DNA from: Podarcis muralis
Taxonomy: Eukaryota
Assembly (NCBI RefSeq): GCF_964188315.1
Contig: NC_135667.1
Location: 25,358,001 to 25,422,000 of the forward strand
Direction of reading: 5' to 3'
Length of the DNA: 64,000 nucleotides
Shown: positions 50,291-63,268 of the stretch, in pieces
Layout of the letters: the number at the start of each line of letters is the position of its first letter
Position numbering within the stretch: position 1 is the stretch's first letter
Translations under genes and position numbers: made by a program
The notes under the pieces: model-generated
Databases searched by the model: none
What the model saw: only the letters and a program-made list of their open reading frames with translations
What the model was told of the DNA's origin: nothing

Positions 50291-50518
50291 CTGATTAAAC
50301 CACTTGTGCCAAGTTATAGCATCCTCATGGATGGTGAACATATTCCCTGAAGAAGTCTGGGGATCCATTCTCCCAACTTTAACTTTATGAAAGGATTGGT
50401 TTTGTGAAGCAATCCAGTTAATAACATCAAGCCCAGCTTCCAACTCCCCCTTTTGGTTGAAGGAAACTGTGTCTCCCGCACTATTATTAAATGACAATCC
50501 TCTGAGGAAATGATGAAA
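50291..50518 (-). CDS. V2R-B exon 4
   Basis: FHHFLRGLSFNNSAGD...WFNQ, 228 bp. Confidence 0.9.
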
Positions 50519-50656
50519 CTAGATTTTGAAAAGAGAGAAGAGAGATGTTCACGTCAGTTTTACAGATGAAGAGAATGCTAACTGCATTTCACAAGGACCA
50601 GAACCATCAGAGAGATAATTTACTGCACTATTTTAACACCAATTTATGGCAAACAG

Positions 50657-50727
50657 CGAAATGAGCGCCGCAACCCCAGAGTCGGTCACGACTGGACCTA
50701 ATGGTCAGGGGTCCCTTTACCTTTACC
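50657..50727 (+). mobile_element. 71-bp 5'-truncated Sauria SINE in V2R-B intron 3
   Basis: (ACCTTT) tail; 14-bp TSD TTTATGGCA(A/C)ACAG; shared with V2R-C, absent from V2R-A. Confidence 0.85.
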
Positions 50728-50767
50728 TTTATGGCACACAGTCTCAAGGGAAATCTGGCCACATTAC

Positions 50768-51628
50768 CTGCCACAGCTGATAAACCTGAGATGTCAGCTT
50801 CATATTGTCTTCCAGTAATCTTGAATTGAGTCTGGATGAGGACATGACATGGAGAGCATGGGCCATGGCATAAACAGCATTGTATATACAGTAGCTATGG
50901 CCCGTCATGCTCATTTCAAAAAAAGGTGTAGGAAGCATTTCCAGTTTCTCCTCTCCAGTGCAAATATTCGGATCCATAACATCTGTGACTGTACTAGGGA
51001 AGACACAAGCAAAGGCTTGTTGCCAGAAGTCCTTGATGAAATAATCACCATTTGTGGTGGAGGGACTTATGTGTTCAAGAAATTTGTGAAATTCTGGTAG
51101 AGCATTAGAGTGAATTGTGAAAGACAGAGCCCCATGGATTATTTGTGTATCCCAAGTCTTTTGAAAAACTGCAGAAGTCAGCTCCATCTGGGCTGTCATT
51201 ATCCACACTTTACCTCTTGCATCCTCTCCTATCTCTTCTTCTTCTGATAAATATGGAAACCATCTAATAAATATCATTGAGTAAGATTCTCCATAGAAGA
51301 CTATAACATTGGCATTGCTACCCATTATTTTATCACGTATTTTCGCACCCTCTTGTAACAAGTCTTTTAGTTCAGTGATGAAAGATACTTTGGGGATTCT
51401 TTCTATGAAGGCAAAACAGATACCACTAGAGGAAAACATTGGAACCACTGTTTGCACAAATTGTTCTCCATTCTCAAGTTCCATCGTAAGGAGCCCAATC
51501 CATGTCCACCTGAAATGCAGAAGTAAGGAGAGAATCCCCTCATACTGAAGGGCTTCCTGGGGGACCATTTGGTAGAAGGAGAGGCCTGGAGTTTTATCAT
51601 GCATGATGGGAGCAGGACCATATGTGAG
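50768..51628 (-). CDS. V2R-B exon 3
   Basis: Open 861-bp exon, AG/GT flanked. Confidence 0.92.
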
Positions 51629-52690
51629 CTACGTGGAGGAGGGTGCAGAAAAGGAACAGAATGAATAGGAATGCTTTAATGGATATATCCAGTGAGTTTT
51701 TCTGCAAGATTTAAAAATGTAGAGCAGCACAATAAACAAAACTGCAAAACCATGAGAACTACCTTATCCCACATGTCCCTATGTGACCACTATAATATAT
51801 GTTCTGCGTTTGTAAGAAGATTGGTTAGTTTGGCAGTGCCTTCACCTTGAAACAACCTGCCCATTGTAGATCAAGCAGTTGGCTTCACTGTGGTCTTTTA
51901 AATTGCTGCTAAAAACATTTTTGTTTAAATTAGCCCACTCAGTTGTTTAGAAACCTAAGGTAAATTTAAATTGTTGCAGAATTCTAACCTTTATATGTTT
52001 TAAGGTTTGGTTGTTTTTTCTTCTTTTTTCTTATTCTCTTAACTGCTTTTGAGGTTTCATTTGCATTCAAGCGGTTTTAAGTAATAATAAGTAAACAAAT
52101 TGTCATGGCTTATGGAGTTGGGTCCCTATGCTTCAATTAATGATTGTAAAATATTTATAAAGATTGTGTTCTATTGCAGTTATGAATGGACGCTCTCAAA
52201 TGGAATTCTGAGAGCTGGATCTGGAGGACTGTATATGATATATGACTCTTGATAAAGGAGATGAATGACCTTTGCTTCCCTGGTGTCACTTGTATATTCT
52301 TGCCCAAAAGATTTGTGGCTGATTTCATATATTTCTCAATAATTGTCTTCTATGAAGATTAACAAAGCTGCAACTCTGTTAAATCACATTATTATCTGCT
52401 CTGAGTTAATGCATCTAACCTCCTTTTGGTGATTGCCCGGCTACATTCAAGGTGATCCTCAATTTTCTATAAGCTCAGATGATGAAAAAACTAGAGGAAT
52501 GAAAAAGTATGTTTTTTTTTTCTTAATTGTATTAATAAATTCAGGATTTTTTATTTAAGGTTATGCTTTATTCACAATACCAGTTTACATATTTTAGCAT
52601 CTATACCATAAAGTGAAACATGGTTGGCCATACAAACATTAAGGGAAAACCCTCTTAAACCCATAGTGCTCAGCACAGAGACTGTTATAC

Positions 52691-52982
52691 CTGTGGAATT
52701 TTGTAGATATCCAAGACTGTTGCTGCATAAAGAGAGGTTAGGGGATCAAGTCCCCCAATGACACCTATCAAATCATTCTGAGTGTCACATTTGTAGTTGG
52801 GGACAAATCTGTCTGGGCTGGACGTAAGGAGCAGTGTGGCATGATAAGTCCCCCTTGCAATGAAATAGCTGTCAAAGATGTGGAAGCCCAAAGTGGTATT
52901 AGGTAACATCTGAGGGTTGCCATTGATCTCCTTTACTGCAAATGCCAAGGCTAGGATGTGCTGGTAATTCTTAGGCGCCATG
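52691..52982 (-). CDS. V2R-B exon 2
   Basis: 292 bp, MAPKNYQH...YKIPQ. Confidence 0.92.
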
Positions 52983-53058
52983 CTAGAATAAGAATTGCAA
53001 TCTGCATCAGAAAGATTTCTTACATTGTGTAAAATTAGAATTACAACATTTTAACCAA

Positions 53059-53081
53059 TGTTGTTGTTGTTGTTGTTGTTG

Positions 53082-53116
<35 letters not shown>
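53059..53116. repeat. compound (TGT)n(TAT)n microsatellite
   Basis: Directly visible; V2R-B intron 1. Confidence 0.9.
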
Positions 53117-54292
53117 TTGAAACCACCAACCCTGCTCATTTTATTGGCCAAAATCTGAAATTTTGTATCTTGAAACACCAGCCCTGTATTGGCGAAAACA
53201 AAATTCAACATAATGCTTGACATCTTTCCCAGAAGTGAGAATGGATTCAGGTCTCATACTCAATTTTGGCCAAAGGAATGCTCATCAAAAATATTTGACT
53301 TGAAAACATAAAATGTAAAATGTAAATTGCATATTTAACTTTAAACCTGTGATTTTAACATTCACTTAATGTATAACAATAGGTTGTATTCATGACAGTA
53401 ATCTTATGTATTTTTAAAGTCAATAGTCGTTTCGTATAAGAGATGCTTAAAGGAAAATAACAAGGTTTTGTTTTTGTTAGCCAACCATTCTGAGAAATAA
53501 CCAGCATTTCACCTAATCATGGAAGTATTAGTGGACAATAACCAAAACAATAAATTATCTAGTGCAGGGGGAGAGGATGGAGAGGATGTGAATATGAGAT
53601 CAATAAGTACCATTATCAGGAATATATGAAAGTAAAAAAAGAAGAAGAAGATTTAGGATTTAGGATTTAATTTCATTTACAGAATAAGGTAGACAATGGT
53701 TTTTAAAATTAATAGATATGCAGTTAGAATATTCAGGCTTATATGTTCATTAAATCAATTAATCATTATTATAGTCTTCCTTATTTTATTGTTATGGGGA
53801 ACAGGAAGCTTTAACCCATTCAGTATACAATTAATTTCATTGTTATTATTTTTCTATGATCACAATAATTAAACTTAGCACTTTGCATATTGCCCTTGCA
53901 ACAAAACAAAACAATACTCAACAACAAATTGACCAAAGGAAAGGCAAAACTATTTGATTTTTCTCCCTAATGTGAAGTCCATTCATTTAATACATTTGGT
54001 GACCTATGCAACATCCTCATCCATTTTCCTAAGATTGTGGAACACTGGCAGATGAGGTCTCTGTTCTCATTCATTCAGACAATGAATTCATCTCATTTAT
54101 GTATCCTCAAAATTTTCTCAACTGCTTCTCCTTCTACAGCTGGGCATTTGGGAAATTACCTGTTTTAATGTTTCTATTCTCTCTTTTTTAAAAAAATAGC
54201 AGAAAATACAGAAGGAAAAATCAGTAAGGCACAGTTGCCAGATTTGAGTTCTGGGGCTGACTAAACAAAGGGACAAAGGAAGAAGTCCTTAC

Positions 54293-54510
54293 ACCAGCTC
54301 TTCGGGCAATACCTGTGGGGGATCTTCAGCGAAGGCTAAGGCATTAGAGATGATGTAGCTTTGAGAAGCTATGCCACCAAGGATGAGGTCTCCTGACTGG
54401 TGATACTTGTGAAGTGGAGGGTGTGGATCATGAACATGACACTTCACAATGTGAGCCTTGCATGTTGTGTGAAGTGGCAGTACAAAAAGCATCACCAGAA
54501 ATATCAGCAT
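54293..54510 (-). CDS. V2R-B exon 1
   Basis: MLIFLVMLFVLP signal peptide; same donor as V2R-A. Confidence 0.88.
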
Positions 54511-55199
54511 CCTGAGTACAAGGAAAAATCCCCACTCAAGGGCTATCACACTATGTCCACTGTCAACTTCCTTATTAGAGTGTCTATAGTTTGAAAGGCA
54601 AATATAAATGCTCATTCAGCTTGTAAAGAAGCCTGAACCCTGAATAATATATATTGATAATCTCTAGGAGTAGCTCTAAACTTTAATTGGTATATTTACT
54701 AAATACCATGTTTCAAATTCTTTCCTATTCAGATTCCACAGGGAGTTTGATAGGCAGCAGAATTAATTATTGCCATTTTTGCAATGACAGGGTTTCACTG
54801 TGGAATAGCAGAAGGGAGCTAGTTTGTCACATCTGAACATATTTCCTCCCCAATTAGTCAGGCATCTAAAAGAGCAAGTCATCTGATGAAGATCACCATT
54901 GTCTGGTGTTGGAAAACACATGGGCATGTCTTAGGAGGACCACACTGAAGTTTCACACAGAACTTTATTAGCTTATTCTGGGAGATCTCAAATGTCCTCT
55001 CCTAGATTGGAAATGGGAGGAAACCACTGGCGGGAGGAATTATAAGTCACAGTGGGGTGTGGGGTGGTGTCATTTACCTTTAACAAAGATAAGCTTCTCC
55101 AATCAGCAGGTCAATTGCTTTCAGAAACCCAGCTGCTGAGCCCTTTGCCTGGTTCCTTGCAGCTTCACTTCTAACAGTGAGGGAGCCACCAGAAGGCCC

Positions 55200-55640
55200 T
55201 CAGAACTAGAGTTCCATGTCTGGGCTGAGCGATGGGGGTAGAGGCACATTGAATTGTGGTCAGAAACCTAATGGGGACCAATGTACATCTTTTAGGATCG
55301 ATGTTACATGGTCCAGGTGGCTGCTCCCAGTCACCAGTCTAGCTTCCACCTTATGGATTAGTTTTAGTTTCTGTGTTACCTTCACATGTAGTCCACATAC
55401 AGCATACTGCAATAGCCCAAGTGGGAGTAACCAGAACATATTCCTCTCTGGCGAGACAGTGGCTTAGAGAGGTAGAGTCTCAGCCAGTGTATCAGATGGA
55501 GCTGGTAGACAGTGGTCCTGGGTGTAGAATTAACCTGCACCTTCATAGACAGCTGTGAGTCCAAAATGATCCCCAGGTCATTCACCTGATCCTTTAGGGG
55601 CACAGTAGCCACATTCAGAACTTCTGCGCACCTCTGAAAA
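55200..55640 (-). mobile_element. degenerate L2-clade LINE RT C-terminal remnant
   Basis: PLKDQVNDLGIILDSQLSMKVQV...YQLHLI..LRLYL. Confidence 0.65.
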
Positions 55641-56644
55641 TTGTGTTTTATTTCTGTGAATGGGAAGGTCCATTACTTTATTAGAAGACTGTAGACAGCT
55701 GTAATTTAAGAAGGAGGTATCTTAAGATGGCCTCGAAGGGTGAGCTTGTTTAGCCCATGCTTGTCTGTAGCCATTTTAGTGAATTGAGGCTAGCATCTCT
55801 GATTTTGATCTGATATTTTGGGAGGTATTGTTGGCAATTTAAAGCTTGCAATATTTTTTCAGCTTTTTGTGCCACCTTTTCTTTTTGATACTTTGAGGAC
55901 TTGACAATTTTGGGAGTAGTTGGCTTGACAGGGCTCCCTGCCACTCTGTTTATATTCTGTTCCCTAGCACCTGCAGTTGACCTTCTGCTATGACTCCTCA
56001 GAATACTAAAGAAGGAGCAAAGCAAAAAGGGAAATCTGTGTTTAGCAAGCAACATTCCCCTAAACTTGTTTCCTCCTCTGATGAAGAGGGGTCTGTTTTG
56101 TCTTCTCTCTTGGTGTGTTTGGATGCCTTAAAGAGAAGAGCAGCTGATTCCTTTCCATTGATAGCACTGGTTTCCTTGCGTGCATAGGGAGCTATGTCTC
56201 AGACAATATAAGCATATTGAGACTATGTTATGGGGCTATAAGGAGAGGGGGAGGAAGAACATAGGCCTTCCTATTCACCTTCATGTTGCGGCCTTGGAAT
56301 GGGAGGCCGTTTTGGTTACCCTAGAAGCTGCCAGTATTAAAATGAAATAGCCCAGATTCATTCTGCGCACATGTAAATATCCTAATGAATTGAACATTAC
56401 TTACCCCAAGGTAAAGGTTTAGGCTTGCAGCCCTGACTTCAGAGTTTGAGAAAAACAAAAATCCTTAATTGCTCTAAATGATAGAGTTATGGCATCATTT
56501 GGCTCTTAACCATCTGAGCCCTAATATGTTAACAAAGTCTCCTGTAGAATAAAAAGTCTAAACTCTTGTGAAATGAAGAGTCAGTTTATAATTAGCATAA
56601 TTGTAATTTAATAACCAGATAGGAAGACAAAATCATTTAATTCT

Positions 56645-57546
56645 TCAGTTGGTTCTTCGTATTAGCTGTTCCCTTTTGTTCAATTCAGGCTTCAACAAAA
56701 TAATGTAGCATTTGGGAGAAAAGATGCAGACCAACAATCCAGCACAGGAGGCTAAGATAGAAAAGATCTCCACAGCTACCATGTATTTCCCCTTGGTGCT
56801 CAAGTAGGTTGGAACAAAGGATAACCACACACTGCAAAACACTAACATGCTGAAAGTGATAAACTTGGCTTCATTGAACGTGTCGGGTAACTTCCTGGCA
56901 AGGAAGGCCAAAGTGAAGCTGGCAATGGCCAGGAAGCCAATATAGCCAAGGACACAGTAAAACATTGTCACAGACCCCTCATTACATCTGAGTATAATTT
57001 GTCTAGCCACTGAATGTACATCAGCCTCTGGCAACGGAGGAAAGATTGCCAGCCACACAATGCAAATGTTTCCTTGTATAAGGGAGCAAGAAAGTACAAT
57101 GGAATTGGCCAGCCTCTTTCCCACCCATTTCCTCATTCTGGATCCTGGCTTGGTGGCCATGAAAGCCAGAACCACAGTGAGGGTTTTTGCCAGCACACAA
57201 GAAACAGCCACTGAGAAGACGATGCCAAAAGCAGTTTGTCGGAGGAGACACGTCACCTTCTGAGGTTGTCCAATGAATAGCAATGCAGAAAGGAAGCAGA
57301 GCAGGAGGGAGAGGAGAAGCGTGTAGGTGAGCTGCTGGTTGTTGGCTTTGACAATGGGAGTGTTGTGGTTCTTCATAAATGTGAAGAGAACTAGAATGGT
57401 GACCAAAGAACAGGAAAGAGCAGAAAGGGCTAAACTGAGCCCCACAGGTTCTTCAAAAGACAAGAAGCTTATTTCCTTGGGAATACATAAATCATGGTTT
57501 TTATTTGGATATGTTTGTTCTGAACATGTGGAACAATCACTCATAT
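56645..57546 (-). CDS. V2R-C exon 6 (7TM)
   Basis: Open 902-bp exon. Confidence 0.93.
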
Positions 57547-57688
57547 CTGAAAAGGAAAATACGTGGCTTAATCTCACAAACATGCCTTTAATCTCAAGAG
57601 CAGCGGATTATACAATTTGAATCTATAGCCCTGTTGTGATTAAATATCATGTAATCTCCCTCCTATTTCTAAACACATTATTGCTTAC

Positions 57689-57815
57689 CCTTCTGGTCTG
57701 AAATCTTCCCTTCTGGACAGGGGATGCAATCATAGCAACAAAATGGCTCCCCTTCTTTTGCTTTCTTGCTTGAACCAGGACTGCACTGCTCACTGCATAG
57801 AGAAATAGGCCTTGC
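57689..57815 (-). CDS. V2R-C exon 5
   Basis: 127-bp cysteine-rich exon. Confidence 0.9.
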
Positions 57816-58269
57816 CTAATCCATGAAGGAAAAAAGAGAATATAGATCTTGGAGTCATCATGGGGATGGCTAATTTTAAATTATCTTATTTCAAACTGAA
57901 CCTTTAGTCACCACATGAAAGTGGTGATGCAGGCTGACCGTGTCCAGAATGCACTCATTGTGAGGAAGGAACCATGTGCCCTTTCTCAAAGTGAGACACT
58001 GAGGGCTGTTTTCATAAACAGAAGGCTGGTCATTTATATTAGCTGCATTGCAGGAAATAACAGTTCACGGCTCCCCTGTATCCAGCAGCTGAAACAATGA
58101 TCTAATTGTGTCTTATGATAGTGGCAATGCCACAGTTAAGGAGCGTGGTCATGTCCATTTTGTTCCATTTGAATTATTGAACTCCGGTCTCATTGCCAAT
58201 ATTCAATCAATATTCAATCAATTATAGGAATAAATATTTTTAAAGAAACATGCTATTGTGATGGTATGG

Positions 58270-58766
58270 TGTCAGGATGCTGTCGTCGGCTCCCGAATGG
58301 TTACCCAGAAAAGTATAAAGACAAGGAAAAGTTTCCTACAGTCCTTTCTTTATTTCAGACTTTTCAGAGAGAGGCTATGGAACCCAACCTCTTTGATAAT
58401 GGTGTTGTTTCAAGTGAATCTCCACCCTCACTTTTTCTGTTTCCAACTTCCCCATCCATCAACATAATCACCTCCTCTACAGGTGCTCCTAAGTGCCCTC
58501 TGTCTTTGAGCTCCTTGCTCTCATACTTTTAAGGCTCACCAAGTTCTGGGAGATGGAGGGTCTGATATGATTTCTAATGTCAAGGTGTCAGCCAAGTGTT
58601 GGTCCAGCTCTCCCATGATTACCCAACTTTCCCCCCTCATCTGTCTCTGAGCTGTGACCTCCCTCAAACGCCTGTTGTAAATACAGTATATGCCATCTAC
58701 CTCTTCTTCCTCCCTAGAAGAGCCAGGATGGGGAGATGGATTCCACCATTCCTCCTTTACCTGACA
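58270..58766 (-). mobile_element. solo-LTR-like element in V2R-C intron 4
   Basis: TGTCAGG...CCTGACA; paralog of 48106-48609. Confidence 0.4.
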
Positions 58767-59641
58767 CTGTAGCCTCCCTTCATCAGTCAAAGTCCCCAGA
58801 ATACTGAGGTTACTGGATCAGTGAATTACAAAGTATTAAGGGCTGTTTTGTTACAGGCAAGCAGGAAATAAAGTTTTCCACTTGTTGAGAGGGAATAGGA
58901 CTCCTGTCTGGTGATGCTAGCTAGATTGTTCACCTCCCTGACTCTCACTCAGCAGACTTCAAGCAGCTGACAGAAATCACTGCATAAAGAAAATGCTTAA
59001 AAGTGACATATAGCTTGGTCCTATGAAGGGAATTTGATATTTTGGGTAATATTCAATGATGCAGTATTCTGAGCGTACTCACTGAAATTAGTGTGCGTGT
59101 TTGCATTCCCATGTGCATGGTACCTGAGGCCATGTGAGGGGTAAATTAGTGATAAGATACAGGGCGTGGGTATTAGGTTGAACTAGCCCCCCCCCAAAAA
59201 AAAGATTAGAGAAATAGGTAGGTTTTGGCCAAGGTACTGGATATGTATGCAGTATCAAGCAACCCACTTGCTGCCAGTACAGCCAGGGGGAGGGGATGTG
59301 CATCCAACCACCAGCTGCGCAGGAAGGAAAACATGGCCCTGGGATCATGTCACAGCCATGCTGGGAACCAAATGCCACTTCCTTGGATACCAAATAAGTG
59401 CAGACTAACTATTTATTTCAATCAATAAGGAATATTTTACACATATTCAATGCAAAAAAAGGCATATTCTTTGTTCACCCAACAACTTATCAATACATAA
59501 AATCAAAGAACTCCTGAAGAGGAATTTCATGAAGTGTACTTTGTATACTCAGTTCCCAAATTCTCCATAAATTCCATACTCAACACTGAGCAGAGAAACT
59601 GTGTTAAAATCAGGACTAAAATAGCTACAATCTGATTGTAC

Positions 59642-59869
59642 CTGATTAAACCACTTGTGCCAAGTTATAGCATCCTCATGGATGGTGAACATTTTCCCCG
59701 AAGATGTCTGGGGATCTATTCTCCCAACTTCAACTTTATGAAAGGATTGGTTTTGTGAAGCAATCCAGTTAATAATATCAAGCCCAGCTTCCAACTCCCC
59801 CTTCTGGTTGAAGGAAACTGTGTCTCCAGCACTATTATTAAATGACACGCGCCTGAGGAAATGATGAAA
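59642..59869 (-). CDS. V2R-C exon 4
   Basis: 228 bp, FHHFLRRVSFNNSAGD. Confidence 0.9.
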
Positions 59870-60007
59870 CTAGATTTTGAAAAGAGAGAAAAGAGATGTT
59901 CACATCAGTTTTACAGATGAAGACAATGCTAACTCTATCCCACAAGGACCAGAACCGTCAGAGAGATAATTTACTGAACTATTTTAACACCAATTTATGG
60001 CACACAG

Positions 60008-60078
60008 CGAAATGAGCACCGCAACCCCAGAGTCAGTCACGATTGGACCTAATGGTCAGGGGTCCCTTTACCTTTACC
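60008..60078 (+). mobile_element. 71-bp 5'-truncated Sauria SINE in V2R-C intron 3
   Basis: Perfect 14-bp TSD TTTATGGCACACAG (59994-60007 and 60079-60092). Confidence 0.87.
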
Positions 60079-60118
60079 TTTATGGCACACAGTCTCAAGG
60101 GAAATCTGGCCACATTAC

Positions 60119-60979
60119 CTGCCACAGCTGATAAACCTGAGATGTCAGCTTCATATTGTCTTCCAGTAATCTTGAATTGAGTCTGGATGAGGACATGGCA
60201 TGGAGAGCATGGGCCATGGCATAAACAGCGTTGTATATACAGTAGCTATGGCCCGTCATGCTCATTTCAAAAAAAGGTGTAGGAAGCATTTCCAGGTTCT
60301 CCTCTCCAGTGCAAATATTCGGATCCATAACATCTGTGACTGTACTAGGGAAGACACAAGCAAAGGCTTGTTGCCAGAAGTCCTTGATGAAATAATCACC
60401 ATTTGTGGTGGAGGGACTTATGTGTTCAAGAAATTTGTGAAATTCTGGTAGAGCATTAGAGTGAATTGTGAAAGACAGAGCCCCATGGATTATTTGTGTA
60501 TCCCAAGTCTTTTGATAAACTGCAGAAGTCAGCTCCATCTGGGCTGTCATTATCCACACTTTACCTCTTGCATCCTCTCCTATCTCTTCTTCTTCTGATA
60601 AATATGGAAACCATCTAAGAAATATCATTGAGTAAGATTCTCCATAGAGAACCATCACATTGGCTTTGCTACCCATTATTTTATCACGTATTTTCACACA
60701 CTCCTGTATCATGTCTTTTAGTTCAGTGATGAAAGATACTTTGGGGATTCTTTCTATGAAGGCAAAACAGATACCACTAGAGGAAAACATTGGAACCACT
60801 GTTTGCACAAATTGTTCTCCATTCTCAAGTTCCATCGTAAGGAGCCCAATCCATATCCACTTGAAATGCAGAAGTAAGGAGAGAATCCCCTCATACTGAA
60901 GGGCCTCCTGGGGGACCATTTGGTAGAAGGAGAGGCCTGGAGTTTTATCATGCATGATGGGAGCAGGACCATATGTGAG
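60119..60979 (-). CDS. V2R-C exon 3
   Basis: Open 861-bp exon. Confidence 0.92.
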
Positions 60980-61532
60980 CTACGTGGAGGAGGGTGCAAA
61001 AAAGGAACAGAATGAATAGGAATGCTTTAATAGATATATCCAGTGAGTTTTTCTGCAACATTTAAAAATGTAGAGCAGCACAATAAACAAAACTGCAAAA
61101 CCATGAGAACCACCTTATCCCACATGTCCCTATGTGACCACTATAATATATGTTCTGCGTTTGTAAGAAGATTGGTTAGTTTGGCAGTGCCTTCACCTTG
61201 AAACTCCCTGCCTGTTTTAGATCAAGCAGTTGGCTTCACTGTTGTCTTTTAAATTGCTGCTAAAAACATTTTTGTTTAAATTAGGCCACTCAGTTGCTTA
61301 GAAAGCTGAGGTAAATTTATATTGTTGCAGTATTCTAACCTTTATATGTTTTAAGGTTCGGTTGTTGTTTTTTCTTTTTTCTTCTTCTCTTAACTGCTTT
61401 TGAGGTTTCATTTGCATTCAAGTGGTTTTAAGTAATAATACGTGAACAAATTGTCATGGCTTATGGAGTTGGGTCCCTATGCTTCAATTAATGATTGTAA
61501 AATATTTATAAAGATTGTGTTCTATTTCAGTT

Positions 61533-62370
61533 GCGTGTGTAGGTCCCCAGGTCACCCCTCAAATAACTTCACACATAACACGTAATTTTGTTTTGGTTTT
61601 TGGGCACTATTTTGGCCACAACTTTATTAAAATACAAAATCAGTGAGTGGTTGTTTAGACATTGGTTATGACTATCTGTCCCCCCGCCTGGGACAGAACT
61701 GGCACCCGAGGTCCGATCGGTAGCCAGTAGAAGAGAAAGTCAAACTGGGGGGTCACTTGAGCTAAGCGTCGGACCCACGCCGCTCACCCCAGCAGCTCCC
61801 CGAAAGCTTGCCTGCCCGGTCCTATAACAAGGATTCCCATAACAGGGATTGGGCGGCCCTGGTCCCATAACAGGGATTGGACGAAATCGTGGCAAGCCCC
61901 AGGATTCCTTTAACGGAATTCCCTTCAGCGCAATAGGAGGGGCAGGCCCAGGCTGACCCCTCCACCACCAGCATATTATAACCAATGCCTAACCGCAACC
62001 TTACAAGTTGTGACGAATTGCTGAGTAGCAGGCAAAAACCAAATGGCACAGCCAATCACCAAATGGCAAAATTCCTACTAGGCCCCCGCTCCAAAGCAGA
62101 CGACCCCATGACAGGCAAAGCAAAGTCAACCGGAAAGAGGGCGGGCGGGCGGGTGATCCGATGCACTCTGCAAAGAGAAAGAGAAACTAGAGTGCACCAA
62201 TATATAAAGACTATGGTCCCACCCACCCAATTTGCAACATACAATTTGCCCCAGCAACCCGGTTACCCAATCATGATGCCAGGCAACAACTATTAACCTG
62301 CCTGGCAACAAGAGGCCTGGCCTGGTGGCCCACACCGCAACACGTGCTCTCATTTATTGGAGAACACGCT
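61533..62370 (-). mobile_element. putative Ngaro/DIRS-like element, copy 4, inserted in V2R-C intron 2
   Basis: Empty site visible in V2R-A and V2R-B (CAGTT|ATGAATGG); termini TT-GCGTGT ... ACACGCT-TT; at most a TT overlap, no true TSD. Confidence 0.7.
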
Positions 62371-62844
62371 TTATGAATGGACGCTCTCAAATGGAATTCT
62401 GAGAGCTGGAGCTGGAGGACTGTATATGATATATGACTCTTGATAAAGGAGATGAATGACTTTTGCTTCCCTGGTGTCACTTGTATATTCTTGCCCAAAA
62501 GATTTGTGGCTGATTTCATATATTTCTCAATAATTGTCTTCTATGAAGCTTAACAAAGCTGCAACTCTGTTAAATCACATTGTTATCTGCTCTGAGTTAA
62601 TGCATCTAACCTCCTTTTGGTGAGTGACCGGCTACATTCAAGCTGATCCTCAATTTTCTATAAGCTCAGATGATGAAAAAACTAGAGGAATGAAAAAGTA
62701 TGTTGTTTTGTTTTTCTTAATTGTATTAATAAATTCAGGGGTTTTTTTTAGCCTCTAAACCATAAAGTGAAACATGGTTGGCCATACAAACATTAAGGGA
62801 AAACCCTCTTAAACCCATAGTGCTCAGCACAGAGACTGTTATAC

Positions 62845-63136
62845 CTGTGGAATTTTGTAGATATCCAAAACTGTTGCTGCATAAAGAGAGGTTAGGGGGT
62901 CAAGTCCCCCAATGACACCTATCAAATCAATCTGAGTGTCACATTTGTAGTTGGGGATGAATCTGTCTGGGCTGGACGTAAGGAGCAGTGTGGCATGATA
63001 AGTCCCCCTTGCAATGAAATAGCTGTCAAAGATGTGGAAGCCCAAAGTGGTATTAGGTAACATCTGAGGGTTGCCATTGATCTCCTTTACTGCAAATGCC
63101 AAGGCTAGGATGTGCTGGTAATTCTTAGGCACCATG
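62845..63136 (-). CDS. V2R-C exon 2
   Basis: 292 bp, MVPKNYQH...YKIPQ. Confidence 0.92.
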
Positions 63137-63217
63137 CTAGAATAAGAATTGCAATCTGCATCAGAAAGATATCTTACATTGTGTAAAATTAGAATTACAG
63201 CATTTTAACCAATGTAA

Positions 63218-63268
63218 TACTACTACTACTACTACTACTACTACTAATAATAATAATAATAATAATAA
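63218..63268. repeat. compound (TAC)n(TAA)n microsatellite
   Basis: Directly visible; V2R-C intron 1. Confidence 0.9.

Larger units (their letters stand above)
46302..54510 (-). other. V2R-B gene: vomeronasal type-2 receptor, 6 coding exons, 875 aa, apparently intact
   Basis: Exons 54293-54510, 52691-52982, 50768-51628, 50291-50518, 47530-47656, 46302-47203; same sizes and phases as V2R-A. Confidence 0.9.
56645..63136 (-). other. V2R-C gene (5'-partial; exon 1 expected about 1.3 kb beyond exon 2, outside the window)
   Basis: Exons 62845-63136, 60119-60979, 59642-59869, 57689-57815, 56645-57546; all open, GT-AG. Confidence 0.88.

Noticed and set aside
53041-53223. ORFs with poly-I/T or poly-L/V runs (also 63161-63430)
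   Set aside because: Translations of trinucleotide microsatellites
55750-56187. Lys/Ser-rich ORFs between V2R-B and V2R-C
   Set aside because: No recognisable domain or splice context; probably non-coding or a decayed repeat
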